From an uncultured Candidatus Rokubacteria bacterium (GTDB lineage Bacteria > Methylomirabilota > Methylomirabilia > Rokubacteriales > DASRDR01): DNA of 24,918 nucleotides. Each line of letters begins with the position of its first letter. The first letter of the stretch is position 1. Position numbers and translations under genes: made by a program. Positions 1-9,814 of this stretch are shown here, one piece after another. The DNA is taken from contig CAWDVE010000002.1 of NCBI GenBank assembly GCA_963805625.1, forward strand, positions 1 through 24,918, in the 5' to 3' direction. Under the pieces are notes generated by a model. The model was given only the letters and a program-made list of their open reading frames with translations, ran no database searches and was not told the origin of the DNA.

Positions 1-3
1 AAG

Positions 4-153
4 CCTTCAACCTACTGATTAAGAGACCGATGGCGGGCGAGACCCACGCCAATCCAGTTCGACGCAGACCAAGTGTTTTCTCGGGTTTCGCCCACCCTCT
101 TCTGGGCCTGGTTGGGCAGATACGGTGCAGGTTCTCGGGCAATTCTCGGACAC
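4..153 (-). repeat. att-like site copy 1: tRNA-Lys(CTT) 3' fragment (4-25) plus ~130 bp arm shared with 9838-9986
   Basis: Reverse complement reads CTCTTAATCAGTAGGTTGAAGG (anticodon loop to T-stem). About 13 differences over 150 bp versus 9838-9986 by manual alignment. Ends in the direct repeat TTCTCGG(G/A)CA x2. Confidence 0.85.
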
Positions 154-444
154 AGGCTCAATTGCCGGTTACGAAAGCAGATCCACTTCGCGCTACCGGG
201 CATCTGTCTTACTCCTGTCTGTCCAAGTCCCGCGGTCACGGGCGGCGCGGCACGCCGTCCGCAGCTTCCTCAAACCATCCGACCTCGTGCCTTGCTTCGA
301 TCACACCTAGCATCTTGCCGCAATAGAAGCGCGCCCATCCGCTAAGAGGGCGGTGACCCGCTTGGCGCCTGTGAGGTCTTGACGATCCGTCTGAGGCGCC
401 CCTGACCGGGGCGTCCGCACTGCCCTCCGCCTGGGTCGCGATCG

Positions 445-1107
445 TCACGCGCGGCCCAGGGCGGCAAGGATCTGCTGGAGGTCTCCCTGGTTAAGGTACT
501 GGTGGAACGGATCTCGGGCGGGGTCGGACTGCCAGGCGTACTCCGCGAGCGCGGCGATCTGCTCCGCCCGCGCCCGGCCATAGAGCCGCGCGATCACTGC
601 CAGGGCCATGTCGGTGCCCGCAGAGATCCCCGACGAGGTGACGTACGGCCCGTCCTCGACCCACCGCGCCTCGGGCACCCAGCGGACCCGGTCGCTCTGC
701 ACGGTGGCGTGCTTGAATAGCTGCTTGTTCGAGGTGGCCCGGCGCCCGTCGAGCAACCCCGCCCGGGCCAGGATCGCCGATCCGGTGCACACCGACATCG
801 TGATCTCCGCCGACGGGGCCCGCGCCCGCAGGAAGTCGAGCAGAGCGCCGTTGTCGACCTGGCGCGCCGAGCCGATCCCCCCGGGGACCAGGACGAGGTC
901 TAGCGGCGGGCAACCGGCGAACCCGTGCTCGGCGAGCGTCTTGACCCCGGGCAGCGAGGCGACCGGGCCAGGCGTCTCGGCCACGGTCACGATGCGCACC
1001 TCGGGGGCCAGGAACCCGAACATCTCCAGCGGTCCGTATAGGTCCAGCAGCTCGAAGTCCTCGTACAGGACGGCTGCCAGCGTGCGCACGCGCATCGATT
1101 GGTTCAT
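445..1107 (-). CDS. DJ-1/PfpI family protein (isonitrile hydratase InhA-like)
   Basis: Motifs FELLDLYGP, LVPGG, SVCTG (catalytic Cys), TSSGISAGTD. GGAGAGG RBS before ATG at 1107. Confidence 0.9.
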   Translation of the reverse strand: MNQSMRVRTLAAVLYEDFELLDLYGPLEMFGFLAPEVRIVTVAETPGPVASLPGVKTLAEHGFAGCPPLDLVLVPGGIGSARQVDNGALLDFLRARAPSAEITMSVCTGSAILARAGLLDGRRATSNKQLFKHATVQSDRVRWVPEARWVEDGPYVTSSGISAGTDMALAVIARLYGRARAEQIAALAEYAWQSDPARDPFHQYLNQGDLQQILAALGRA

Positions 1108-1239
1108 GACCTCTCCCACCGGGCAAGTCCGGACCCGGGAACCCCGACCGGGTCGGGATGACACCGGCCGGCTGTGGAGGCGGACGCTAGGGTGTCGACA
1201 ATCCGATCACGTGCGGGGAAATGGCTTGCCCGTCCGACC

Positions 1240-2028
1240 TTACCCGGCCAGCCCGACCACCACGCCCGCTGCCACGCCGGCCGCGATCAGCACGACGCCG
1301 AGGGGCGTGCTCAGCCTTCGGCCCCACGACACGTTTTTCTCCACCGCCATCACGACGCCGAGGATGAGCATCCAGGCGAGGTAGTGCACGCCCACCAGGA
1401 ACATCAGCAGCATGAGGGCCCAGCAACAGCCGACGCAGAACGCCCCGTGGTCCAGCCCCAGGCGGAACGCCTGCCACCGCTCGCGCCGCCCCTGCCAGTA
1501 GCCGAGCACGAAGGCGAGTGGCGAGCGGCACTTGTCGAGGCACCGGTACTTCAGCGAGCTGAACTGGAAGGCTCCCGCCAGCACCAAGAGCGCCGGCGCG
1601 CCCAGGGCGCCGGCCCGCGTCCAACCGCTTGCTGTCAACAGTTGCTGGAACACCAGGTGTTGTCCGTACACAAGGAGGCCGAAACCCACCCATGTCGTAA
1701 GGTACCCAGCGATCACCAGCGCCACCAGCGCGCGCCCATCAGGGCGCCTCCCGGCGAGGGCGTGAAACGCCGCCAGAACCGGCAGGCTCGTCGGTAACAT
1801 CATCGCCACGCACATGAGCGTCCACCCAGCGAGGAAGAGGAGTGCGTACCCGCCCCCGCTCGCCTCGCCGTGACCCGAGTAGTGGCCCCCGCCCAAGTGC
1901 ACGACGCTGTGGGTCGCCTCCTCGAACACCACGAGGGCCACCCACGCCAGCCCCGTCAGCAGGCCCACCGACACCAGGAGCGTGGCGCGTCCGGTCCGCT
2001 CCGGCATCGGCACCTGAAACGACCCCAT
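1240..2028 (-). CDS. DUF2182 predicted metal-binding integral membrane protein
   Basis: W-x-LM-x-x-AMMLP, FQFSSLKYRCLDKCRSP and FCVGCCWALM motifs. Multiple TM segments; lies directly downstream of DUF1326. Confidence 0.88.
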   Translation of the reverse strand: MGSFQVPMPERTGRATLLVSVGLLTGLAWVALVVFEEATHSVVHLGGGHYSGHGEASGGGYALLFLAGWTLMCVAMMLPTSLPVLAAFHALAGRRPDGRALVALVIAGYLTTWVGFGLLVYGQHLVFQQLLTASGWTRAGALGAPALLVLAGAFQFSSLKYRCLDKCRSPLAFVLGYWQGRRERWQAFRLGLDHGAFCVGCCWALMLLMFLVGVHYLAWMLILGVVMAVEKNVSWGRRLSTPLGVVLIAAGVAAGVVVGLAG

Positions 2029-2054
2029 CGGTCAGCCCGCGGCCATGACGTCCT

Positions 2055-2651
2055 CTACGCGACGAACCGGAATCGGCCGCTCACCGCATTGTGGTTCCGG
2101 AGATCGACGTGGAATCCCGGCGCGGTCGCCTTGTAGTGCGAGGCCTTGCCGACGTACGCAGGCGACCCTGGGATCGTCGTGAAGATGGTGTCGTGCAGCG
2201 TCGTCTCCTTCCCGGTGGCCCCCTTGTAGGGCTCCAGCGCGGCGTCGATGGCCCGCCCGACTTTCAGCGTCCCCTTCACTCCCTCCACGTGGAACTCGAT
2301 CGGCACCTGCTCGATGGCGTCCACCCTGCTCACCAGCTTCGCCAGGTCCGCCACCGGCCCACCCTTCTTGCCCGTCCACACCGCGACCAGGGCATCCTTC
2401 TGCGGCGCCGTCGCCTTGTCGTCCACGTACAGGCGGATGTTCCAATTCCCCTTGAGGATGTTGCCCGGGATGTGGCACAGCGCCACGATGCTGTGGCCGG
2501 AGACGTCCACCCCGTCCACTGTCCCCTTGTCCACGTGCCATCCCAGCGTCCCGTCGCACACCCCCGAGTCCGGGTCTTCTCCCACCCAGCACGGGCACAG
2601 GATGTTGCACGTACAGACCTCGAGCAGGCGCCCTTCGAGCTGGTAAGCCAT
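2055..2651 (-). CDS. DUF1326 domain protein
   Basis: N-terminal EVCTCNILCPCW...GVCDG Cys motif. AGGAGG RBS; usual partner of DUF2182. Confidence 0.88.
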   Translation of the reverse strand: MAYQLEGRLLEVCTCNILCPCWVGEDPDSGVCDGTLGWHVDKGTVDGVDVSGHSIVALCHIPGNILKGNWNIRLYVDDKATAPQKDALVAVWTGKKGGPVADLAKLVSRVDAIEQVPIEFHVEGVKGTLKVGRAIDAALEPYKGATGKETTLHDTIFTTIPGSPAYVGKASHYKATAPGFHVDLRNHNAVSGRFRFVA

Positions 2652-2879
2652 CTCACACCTCCTGCGGCGTTGATAGGTGCTCGCTCCCCGGGGCGGGTCC
2701 CCGGGGTCCTTATCCTTCGAGCCCCGCGGGGGGCTCCGTTCCTACTACCACTTTGCGACCGGCTGTGTCCAGCCCGCGTTCGCCCGCGTAGCAGCCAGGA
2801 GCGACGAGTCCCTGAGCAGCCGGGCGATCTTGTAGGCCAGGAGGGGACGCAGAGGGCTGGAAATGGGGAAGAGGCAAGG

Positions 2880-3022
2880 CCCCGGGCAGGACGTAGATCC
2901 CCGGGGTGGTGCTCGCCCCGATGGCGAGCGTGCCCCGCTGCAATCCCTGAAGGTCGGCGATGGCGTGGCGAGCGTTGGAGAGCGTGGCAAACAGATGGGT
3001 CGCATGGTCTTCGAGGATCCGG
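2880..3022 (-). pseudogene. LysR-family regulator internal fragment
   Basis: Reads RILEDHATHLFATLSNARHAIADLQGLQRGTLAIGASTTPGIYVLP (linker helix plus start of the effector domain). No HTH and no C-terminus. Confidence 0.75.
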
Positions 3023-3079
3023 TGGCCTCGGGTCGCTCCCGTCCGTCGGATACGAGGCTACTCCCGCTGAGGCGGATAG

Positions 3080-4633
3080 CTAGTTCCGGCAGACGAGTGT
3101 GGCCCCGGCCGGGTCTGAGACCAGCGGACTTGGCGTGAGAACTCGCAGTCTCACGGATAGGCTGAGGGACCGGTCATACGACTTCTCCGGCCTGCCAATG
3201 CTCCACACATAGGGGGGCACCGACAACGTCCCCGACCCCTTGAACAAGATGATCTCCTCACGTCCGACGACGGTATCGTTTCGCTCCCACCGATAGGCCA
3301 CCGTCCCGGGCGCCGTCGCCGTGATCTCGCCCGTGAACGTGAACGCCTTGGGACAAGGACCCACGTGGGACTGGGGACTCACGCTCGCCGCAACACGGGT
3401 CACCTCGAATCGGGCGACTGTCACGGTGACCTGTCGGCTCTCCGTGCGGCCGTCCGCCCCGGTGGCGGTCAGCGTGTAGATGGTGGTCGCGCCGGGCCGG
3501 ACCTCGCGGCAGCCCTTCTCGAGGGTCCGGGGGTCCAGGTCGCCGAGATCGGGGTCGATGCGGGCGCTCCGGGCGTTCAGAACGGACCAGCACAAAGTGG
3601 GGAATCCGCTCTTGCTTCTCTTGACCTCGACGAAGTCCCGAATCTCGACGGGGGCCGTGCCAGCGGCCTGCACGGTGACCTGTCGGCTCTCCGTGCGGCC
3701 GTCCGCCCCGGTGGCGGTCAGCGTGTAGATGGTGGTCGCGCCGGGCCGGACCTCGCGACAGTCCTTCTCGAGGGTCCGGGGGTCCAGGTCGCCGAGATCG
3801 GGGTCGATGCGGGCGCTCCGGGCGTTCAGAACGGACCAGCACAAAGTGGGGCCCCCGCGCGGGACCCTCTGGGCCTCGAAGGTCCGAATCTCTACCTTCG
3901 CGCCGGGGGACGGAGCCGTGGTCGTGAGATTCACGGGATAGTTCCACTGCCGGAGCTTCTCGAGGATTCGGTCGATGCGGACGGCCTCGCCATCAGGAGG
4001 CTGGTCGCTCCGGATCACGCCCACGAGCTCCCAGCGCTCGTTGACGAGCGCCCCCCCCGAGTGACCAGGGGCGAGGAAAAGCGATTCGAACTTCAGCAGG
4101 TCCGTCGATGCCTCCGAGATAGCGTCCGGCGTGACCCTCGAGTACCAGGGTCTCCCGTTGGGGTAACCGACCGAGTAAACCGGGGCTGTTCGTTTCAGGG
4201 CAGTCGTGTCGCCGAGACGATCGAAGGGCAGTCTCGGCAGGCTGATCGCCTTGAGATTGGTCACGCTCAGGACCGCGAGGTCGAGGCCGTGATCGACGTC
4301 CGTCAACAGCCTGGCCGGCGCGGACTCACCGGGCAGCCAGCGGAACAGCACCCGCAGATCCTGGGCTTCCTCCTGCGTCCCTTGCCGGACGACGTGATTC
4401 GCGGTGACGATGTACAGGCGATCGCCTCGGACGCCCACGATGATGCCGGCACCGATAGTGTCGCTGCCGGCGAGCTTCCCCTGGATCATCACGACCAAGC
4501 TCTTGAGCCGGTCCTCAGCCTCGCCCGCGACGACCGGCTGGCCCCAACAGGCAGAGCCGAGTGCCAGCGAGAGCGTACCCGCGGTCCAGGCCACACACCG
4601 AAGGAACCGGCTACTGCTACTCGCGGGGTTCAT
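3080..4633 (-). CDS. Secreted trypsin-like (S1) serine protease with two tandem beta-rich repeats and a C-terminal Ig-like domain
   Basis: Triad motifs TANHVV, DLAVL, GHSGG. Signal-like N-terminus. ATG 4633 overlaps the upstream TGA (ATGA). Confidence 0.85.
   Translation of the reverse strand: MNPASSSSRFLRCVAWTAGTLSLALGSACWGQPVVAGEAEDRLKSLVVMIQGKLAGSDTIGAGIIVGVRGDRLYIVTANHVVRQGTQEEAQDLRVLFRWLPGESAPARLLTDVDHGLDLAVLSVTNLKAISLPRLPFDRLGDTTALKRTAPVYSVGYPNGRPWYSRVTPDAISEASTDLLKFESLFLAPGHSGGALVNERWELVGVIRSDQPPDGEAVRIDRILEKLRQWNYPVNLTTTAPSPGAKVEIRTFEAQRVPRGGPTLCWSVLNARSARIDPDLGDLDPRTLEKDCREVRPGATTIYTLTATGADGRTESRQVTVQAAGTAPVEIRDFVEVKRSKSGFPTLCWSVLNARSARIDPDLGDLDPRTLEKGCREVRPGATTIYTLTATGADGRTESRQVTVTVARFEVTRVAASVSPQSHVGPCPKAFTFTGEITATAPGTVAYRWERNDTVVGREEIILFKGSGTLSVPPYVWSIGRPEKSYDRSLSLSVRLRVLTPSPLVSDPAGATLVCRN
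3422..3851. repeat. Intragenic direct repeat, 2 x ~181 bp (3422-3602 and 3671-3851), period 249 bp
   Basis: Copies differ at only 2 positions on manual comparison. Encodes TLCWSVLNARSARIDPDLG...TYTLTATGADGRTESRQVTV-type unit twice. Confidence 0.95.
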
Positions 4634-5772
4634 GCGGCCATCCGCAGCCAGCGCAGGCCGCCGACGGCCAGCCCAAAGACATAGAGCGTCGTGCCCCAGA
4701 GCAAGGACAGGCCGTGGCGCGCTCTCAGCCACTCCAGCCAAGTGGGCATCAGGCTTCTCGGGTTGTCCTCCGAGCCGGTGCTCATCTCTCGAACCCGGCC
4801 GTGGAATCTCAAGGCAATGTGATCCTCACGCAGCCGGACGGCACGCAGCTCGCCTCGGGCCTGGCCGAACCGGATCTCCTCACCGGACCGGAGCGTACGT
4901 GCCACGCCATTGAGGGACTCGAGGTAGAGGGTACCGGAGAGAATCGTGGAGAGTCGGCGGACGAACGCGTGATCGGTGTCGCCGAACTGCTCGACCTGAA
5001 AGAGGGAGAGGGCATTGACTGACATCTGCGGCGACAGGCCGGTTCCCGAGAGGTCCCTGAACGTGAGATCCAGGTCGACCACCTCGGGGCCGAGCTCCAG
5101 AAGCACTGCCCTCGGGCTCACGAACTCGACCTGTTGGGCGGGAACCCCGGGAAGCCCGATGAGCACGGGCCCGTGCACGTCTATGTGCAGCTTCCCGTCC
5201 GGGCCCATCAAGGACAGGCGATATTGGTTGGGGGTGTCCGTGCGGCGTAGCCACACGCGCGTTTTGGAGGCGATCGTGATCGGCGCCAGACTGATCGTCC
5301 CCCGGCGGTTCCCGTGGGCGCCGACCGCCAATCGGATCGAGGCTTCCGTACCGGCTGGGGCGGCAAGTATCGTGGGATCGTGGGTTGGTGTGTCCGGAAG
5401 ACTGATCTCACGCAATCCCGAAGCGCCAAGAGCTGCCAGGGTCGCGCCCTCCATCAGCAGCTGCGGGGTGGGCAGGGAGAAGCTCACCTCGGACACCGTC
5501 GCATCCAGCGCGATCTCCGTCTCACGCACTCGAGCGAAGAACAGGACGCTGACGATCAGGAGAGTTCCGACGAGCGCGGCCGCTACCGGCCAGCGCTGAC
5601 GGGTGGGAGCCGGCTCGGCGGCACCGCAGAGTTCGACCAGGCGGGCCAGGCGCCCCAGGGCTTCGATCCGCTCGCCGGAAACCTGCCCGCCTGACCGCAC
5701 TGCCTCTTCACTGGCCGCCCTGACCTGGCGACGCAGCTCCTCTCGAAGCTGTTCTCCCGCGACTCCGCTCAT
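4630..5772 (-). CDS. Hypothetical membrane protein (TM near the N-terminus, beta-rich body, C-terminal TM)
   Basis: Long ORF with two hydrophobic segments, translationally coupled to the protease. Start inferred at MSGVAG. Confidence 0.75.
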   Translation of the reverse strand: MSGVAGEQLREELRRQVRAASEEAVRSGGQVSGERIEALGRLARLVELCGAAEPAPTRQRWPVAAALVGTLLIVSVLFFARVRETEIALDATVSEVSFSLPTPQLLMEGATLAALGASGLREISLPDTPTHDPTILAAPAGTEASIRLAVGAHGNRRGTISLAPITIASKTRVWLRRTDTPNQYRLSLMGPDGKLHIDVHGPVLIGLPGVPAQQVEFVSPRAVLLELGPEVVDLDLTFRDLSGTGLSPQMSVNALSLFQVEQFGDTDHAFVRRLSTILSGTLYLESLNGVARTLRSGEEIRFGQARGELRAVRLREDHIALRFHGRVREMSTGSEDNPRSLMPTWLEWLRARHGLSLLWGTTLYVFGLAVGGLRWLRMAA

Positions 5773-5803
5773 GCCGTATCCCGGCCACCATGCGAGGCGG
5801 GCG

Positions 5804-6658
5804 TCAGCCGCCGGGATGGTAGAAGAAGAGGCTCCTCGTTGCGGAGCCACCGCGTGTAAGGGTTGCGCCGATCTGCAGGTGATAGATGCCTGCCGTCTTG
5901 AGCTCCGGGAGGTGGACGGCGATGCCCCGCTCAGCCGGATAGTAGCCGTATCGCAGGGGCTCGTCCCGCTTGAGGAAGGCGCGCGTGCGCCCACCCGCAT
6001 CCAGGGTGGACAGGGTAATGAACACCTCGGTCAAATCCGCCCCAGGCAGGAGCATGACCACGTAGCGTCGCGACCGGGTCGCCGGGCCCGGTGTCCCGAT
6101 CCGGAGTGGAACGTACACCTCGTGCATCTTCTCGCCCACGGCGTACGGCACCCATCCGACGACACCGAGCTCCTGGCTGCGCATCTTGAGCGGGGCCAGC
6201 ACGTCGGCGGACCAGGTGTAGGTTGTGGCGCCGGGGGGACGCACCGTGTCCATCCGGTAGTAGAGCTTGCGGCGAAGCCCGAAGGCTCGAAGCCGAGTGG
6301 GGGCGTCACCGGGCGGCGGTGTCCACTCCAGGTGAAGGCTCTTGCCGGGGCCGACTTCGAACTGCTCGAACGGCTCCGTGACCGATGCGATCGAAAGCCC
6401 CCCGCTGCCCGCGACCTCCCGGATGTAGAGACCTTCGCAGCGGTCCCCGCGGAGAACGTATCCGAGCGGGTCACCCGCCGGCCTGACCAGAGTCGGGTCG
6501 CAGTGCTCCTGTGCGGCAGCGAGGGTGCCACACATGCACAGCATCAGGGACGCCGGGATGAGCCGGCGCGCTCGGCAAGCCCGGTCGCGAAGCGGCCCGG
6601 GGAAGCCTCGGCCGGACTCTCGAACGGGAAGCACCTCGGCGTCGCTTCGTTGCTCCAT
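5804..6658 (-). CDS. Hypothetical secreted protein
   Basis: Signal-like LIPASLMLCMCGTLAAAQE, then a globular region with a Cys pair (HCDP...RCEGLY). First gene of the protease operon; start uncertain. Confidence 0.7.
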   Translation of the reverse strand: MEQRSDAEVLPVRESGRGFPGPLRDRACRARRLIPASLMLCMCGTLAAAQEHCDPTLVRPAGDPLGYVLRGDRCEGLYIREVAGSGGLSIASVTEPFEQFEVGPGKSLHLEWTPPPGDAPTRLRAFGLRRKLYYRMDTVRPPGATTYTWSADVLAPLKMRSQELGVVGWVPYAVGEKMHEVYVPLRIGTPGPATRSRRYVVMLLPGADLTEVFITLSTLDAGGRTRAFLKRDEPLRYGYYPAERGIAVHLPELKTAGIYHLQIGATLTRGGSATRSLFFYHPGG

Positions 6659-7056
6659 CCGCCGGCGATACGCGCCGCCGCCTGGGACGTGACGGCTGAC
6701 AGCATCGCCAGCATAGACGAACGGCGCCGAGCCTGGCAAGAGCCGTATCGAGCGATGAAGCGGCGAGGCTCCCGGAAGGGGTAGAGCCAGGCTTCCGGCG
6801 CCGGAGCGCGTGGCGACGTGTCGAGTCGCCGGCGAGCGGCGGTGTCTCCGTCACGCATCCGCCGCGCGATGTCCCCCGGTGACGGGCTCCGCGGTCGTCG
6901 GTCCACGGCGAGCGAGCGTCCACCGCGGGAGGGAACGCCGGCCCGCGCCCACGACGGGAGCCCCCCACCTCTTTGGGTGAGGTATCGTGGCCGCGACCCG
7001 CGGGCACTCTGGATGGGTGCGACGTGCGTTTGGACCGCTTGGAGAGTGAGCTCAGT

Positions 7057-7097
7057 TGGTGAGCTGTGTTGGAATCGAACCTACAACCTACTGATTA
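7057..7097 (-). repeat. att-like site copy 2: degenerate tRNA-Lys 3' half
   Basis: Reverse complement TAATCAGTAGGTTGTAGGTTCGATTCCAACACAGCTCACCA. Nearby tandem motifs CCTGGTGCG x2 (7144-7162) and GGTAGCC x2 (7171-7188). Confidence 0.8.
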
Positions 7098-7525
7098 CAG
7101 TAACCCCGCAAGATTTCGGGGTCGAGCCCTGGGACGAGACCCTCCTGGTGCGCCCTGGTGCGGGTCCGTTGGTAGCCGGTCGGTAGCCAACAGGGAAGAC
7201 GGCGGCGTCGTCGAAGAGGGCGACCTGCCCTCGTCGAGCACCATCGCCGAATGGCGACGATAGCGATCGGTGGGCTCGTCCCGTACCACCTGCCCGAACG
7301 CAGGCGCGCTGGCTGCGGGCGATCGAGACGCCGGGCCGAGCGCCGCGGCCAGTTCGGCCCGCTGGGAGGCGGGTAGCGGCTCGGGCCTGGCGCCCACCAT
7401 GTCAGAAGGTCTCCATGGGAGGATGACAGTCTCACGGAGCCGCTTCCCCGACTAGGCTCGACACGATCGGTGTAGACTCGGGGCCGCTGCGGTCGCTGAA
7501 GCGGGTACCGAGTCAGGAGGGACAC

Positions 7526-8242
7526 GTGAGTACAGCACACGAGAAATACATCGCCCTGCAGCGCCACCGCAACGCGACCCCGCTGGCGCTCGATCCCCGG
7601 ACCACCGCGCTCGTGATCGTCGACATGCAGGAGTACTTCCTGAACCCGGCCTCGCCGTTCTCGCAGGCTTGCGAGCGCGTCATCCCGGGCGTGCTGGGAC
7701 ACTTCCAGGAGCGCGGCCGCGGGGTCGTCGAGCCGTCGCTCCGGCGGCTGCTGGACTTCTTCCGAACCATTCGGCTGCGGATCGTCTACACCACCGTGGC
7801 CTCCGAGCTACCCGATGGCAGTGACCTGATGCCGATCTTCCAGCAGCGTAACGCCGCCAACCGGGCGGCGGTGGGCGACGCCGCCATTCCCCCGCGAGCC
7901 GACGCCTGGGCCCGCATCGTCGCGGCGCTCGAGCCGCGACCGGGGGAGCTCGTGGTGAACAAGACGACCTACGGCACGTTCAACTCGACGGGGCTCGATC
8001 ACGCCCTCCGCTCGCTCGGGATCACCTCGCTGGTCGTGGGCGGGGTGGTGACGAACGTCTGCGTGGAGACGACGGCCCGGGATGCCGCCGATCGCGGCTA
8101 CGACGTCGTGCTGCTCGATGACGGATGCGCGGCGTTTTCCCCGGAGATCCACGAGGCCACGCTGCTCTCGTTCCAGGGCCCCTTCGGCCGCGTGCGAACG
8201 ACCGACGAGGTGCTCGCGCTCCTGCAGGGCGGCGCGGACTAG
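7526..8242 (+). CDS. Isochorismatase-family cysteine hydrolase
   Basis: VIVDMQ (Asp), NKTTYG (Lys), TNVCVETTARDA (Cys). AGGAGG RBS before GTG. Confidence 0.92.
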   Translation: MSTAHEKYIALQRHRNATPLALDPRTTALVIVDMQEYFLNPASPFSQACERVIPGVLGHFQERGRGVVEPSLRRLLDFFRTIRLRIVYTTVASELPDGSDLMPIFQQRNAANRAAVGDAAIPPRADAWARIVAALEPRPGELVVNKTTYGTFNSTGLDHALRSLGITSLVVGGVVTNVCVETTARDAADRGYDVVLLDDGCAAFSPEIHEATLLSFQGPFGRVRTTDEVLALLQGGAD

Positions 8243-8602
8243 TCTTCTAGGAGCAGACGTAATACTGGGTGTACGCGACCCAGGTGACGGTGTTCCCCCC
8301 ACCGGTCGGTGTGCCAGTACTGGACCGGATACCAAACTGCGCGACATTATCTGGGTCGAGGGGCGATCGGCTAGTGCGGATGAGTTCGGCAGAGTTTGGC
8401 ACTGGCATGTCACCGAGATTCGAGCCTCGCGAGACCCGGCGCCTCCATCCGACTAGGGAACGACCGAAGGACGGCAGGCGTGAGTTGACGAAGTTAGCCC
8501 ACTTCATACAAGGCACGGCAAAGCACGTTCCGGCCTCTGGTCCTCCCCGAATCTTTCCTTCTCCTGCGAGACATCGCAACGCCGGGCAGAGCGAGCCCGC
8601 CG

Positions 8603-8920
8603 TCACGGGGCGATTGTAACCGGGGCGCCCATAGCCACCAGCTCGTCCACGCCACGGATGATGCCGAGCGCCCGAATCAGGCCCGGCGTGGCCGAGAAGC
8701 CGACAGTCCGCAGGAGCTGGCCGACATCCGCCCGCGTCTTGAGGGAAGCGAGGGCGGCCAGGAGCAGACCCACGATCCCCGTTGCCCGCATCGCGCCGAG
8801 ACCGCCAGCCACGCTGGCGAGTACCACGACCAGCATGGCCCGAGGGGTCGCCGTGGCATCGTTCTCAACCTCTTCGTACGTCGCGGCGTCGAGCTTGGCC
8901 GCACCGAGCATCCGCTCCAT
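8603..8920 (-). pseudogene. Yip1-like membrane protein, internally deleted and 3'-truncated
   Basis: RMLGAAKLDAATYEEVEND and LLRTVGFSATPG are recognisable. A TM helix expected between ALASL and KTRAD, and the C-terminal helices, are missing. Confidence 0.6.
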
Positions 8921-9141
8921 CAGGCCCGCTATTCGCCGCCTCCCATCTGGCTCCCAGTCGGGTGCACACCTCGCGCGGCCCGTGCGCCGCGCCGGGTCGA
9001 TTCTCTCCCACCGCCGACACCGATCGCCGGGATCTTTAGGGCCAAGGGTGGTCCCAAGGTTGATGACCAGCCGGAACCCCGTCGGCTGCTCGACGGACAG
9101 ACTGGCTGGAACGCGCAGCTAGATACCCTCGACGCCTCGCA

Positions 9142-9549
9142 TCAGTGGTGTGCCACGTCAAGGAACGGGGTTTCCGTATCGCTCACGTAGAAGATTACGA
9201 CCCGCATGGGCTCGGTGCTGCTGCGGTTGTAACCGGTCATCTTCACTTGCGGCGGCTCCACTATCGCTTGACCGGCCTTGGCCGTAACGGGCGGGCGCCC
9301 CTCCATCTCCAACGTGAATGCGCCTTCCAAGACGTAAACCGTCACGGGAAAACGGTGCGTATGGAACGGCGTCGCCTCACCAGGCTTGAGGGTCGCCGCG
9401 ATGACTCGCACCTCCTGCTTCTCGCCCTTGGGCATGCCTTCCACGATTTCTCTCAGCAGCGGTGGCGGCGGGCCCGGCGCTTGCGCCACCAACGTCAACG
9501 GAGCCGTCAAAGCCACGAGGGCGAACGTGATCCCAATCGGCTTACGCAT
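9142..9549 (-). CDS. Secreted cupin domain protein
   Basis: Signal peptide, cupin motif [27 protein letters not shown] before ATG 9549. Confidence 0.88.
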   Translation of the reverse strand: MRKPIGITFALVALTAPLTLVAQAPGPPPPLLREIVEGMPKGEKQEVRVIAATLKPGEATPFHTHRFPVTVYVLEGAFTLEMEGRPPVTAKAGQAIVEPPQVKMTGYNRSSTEPMRVVIFYVSDTETPFLDVAHH

Positions 9550-9814
9550 TGCGTGATCTCCCTTTGTACCGACGTGGTTAGACATCGGGCCGAATCATCG
9601 AGCCACTTGGGCGACGGGATCCGCCCACTCCGCCGCGGTTGGGCTCAGGAGCGCCCACCAGCTCGCTCGGTTGAGCATTCGCGACCGTGGGCCTCCGCGG
9701 GGTGCCGGCCCACGATTCAACGGGGAAGGTAGACCATCGTCTTGCTCTGGGTAGCCAGTGGGCGCGAGGATGCCTGGCGGACGAACCGGGGAGCGTTGCC
9801 GCCCCCCGATTATG

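Noticed and set aside
1130-1160. Inverted repeat between DUF2182 and DJ-1 as a terminator
   Set aside because: GC hairpin without a U-tract, lying inside an apparent operon; function unsupported.
2032-2034. Selenocysteine recoding of the TGA before DUF2182
   Set aside because: The position is in an unconserved N-terminal tail with no Cys-motif context, and no SECIS could be recognised.
8243-8600. Lower-GC segment after the isochorismatase as a gene
   Set aside because: Several overlapping short ORFs with no RBS or recognisable motif; at best a foreign gene fragment.
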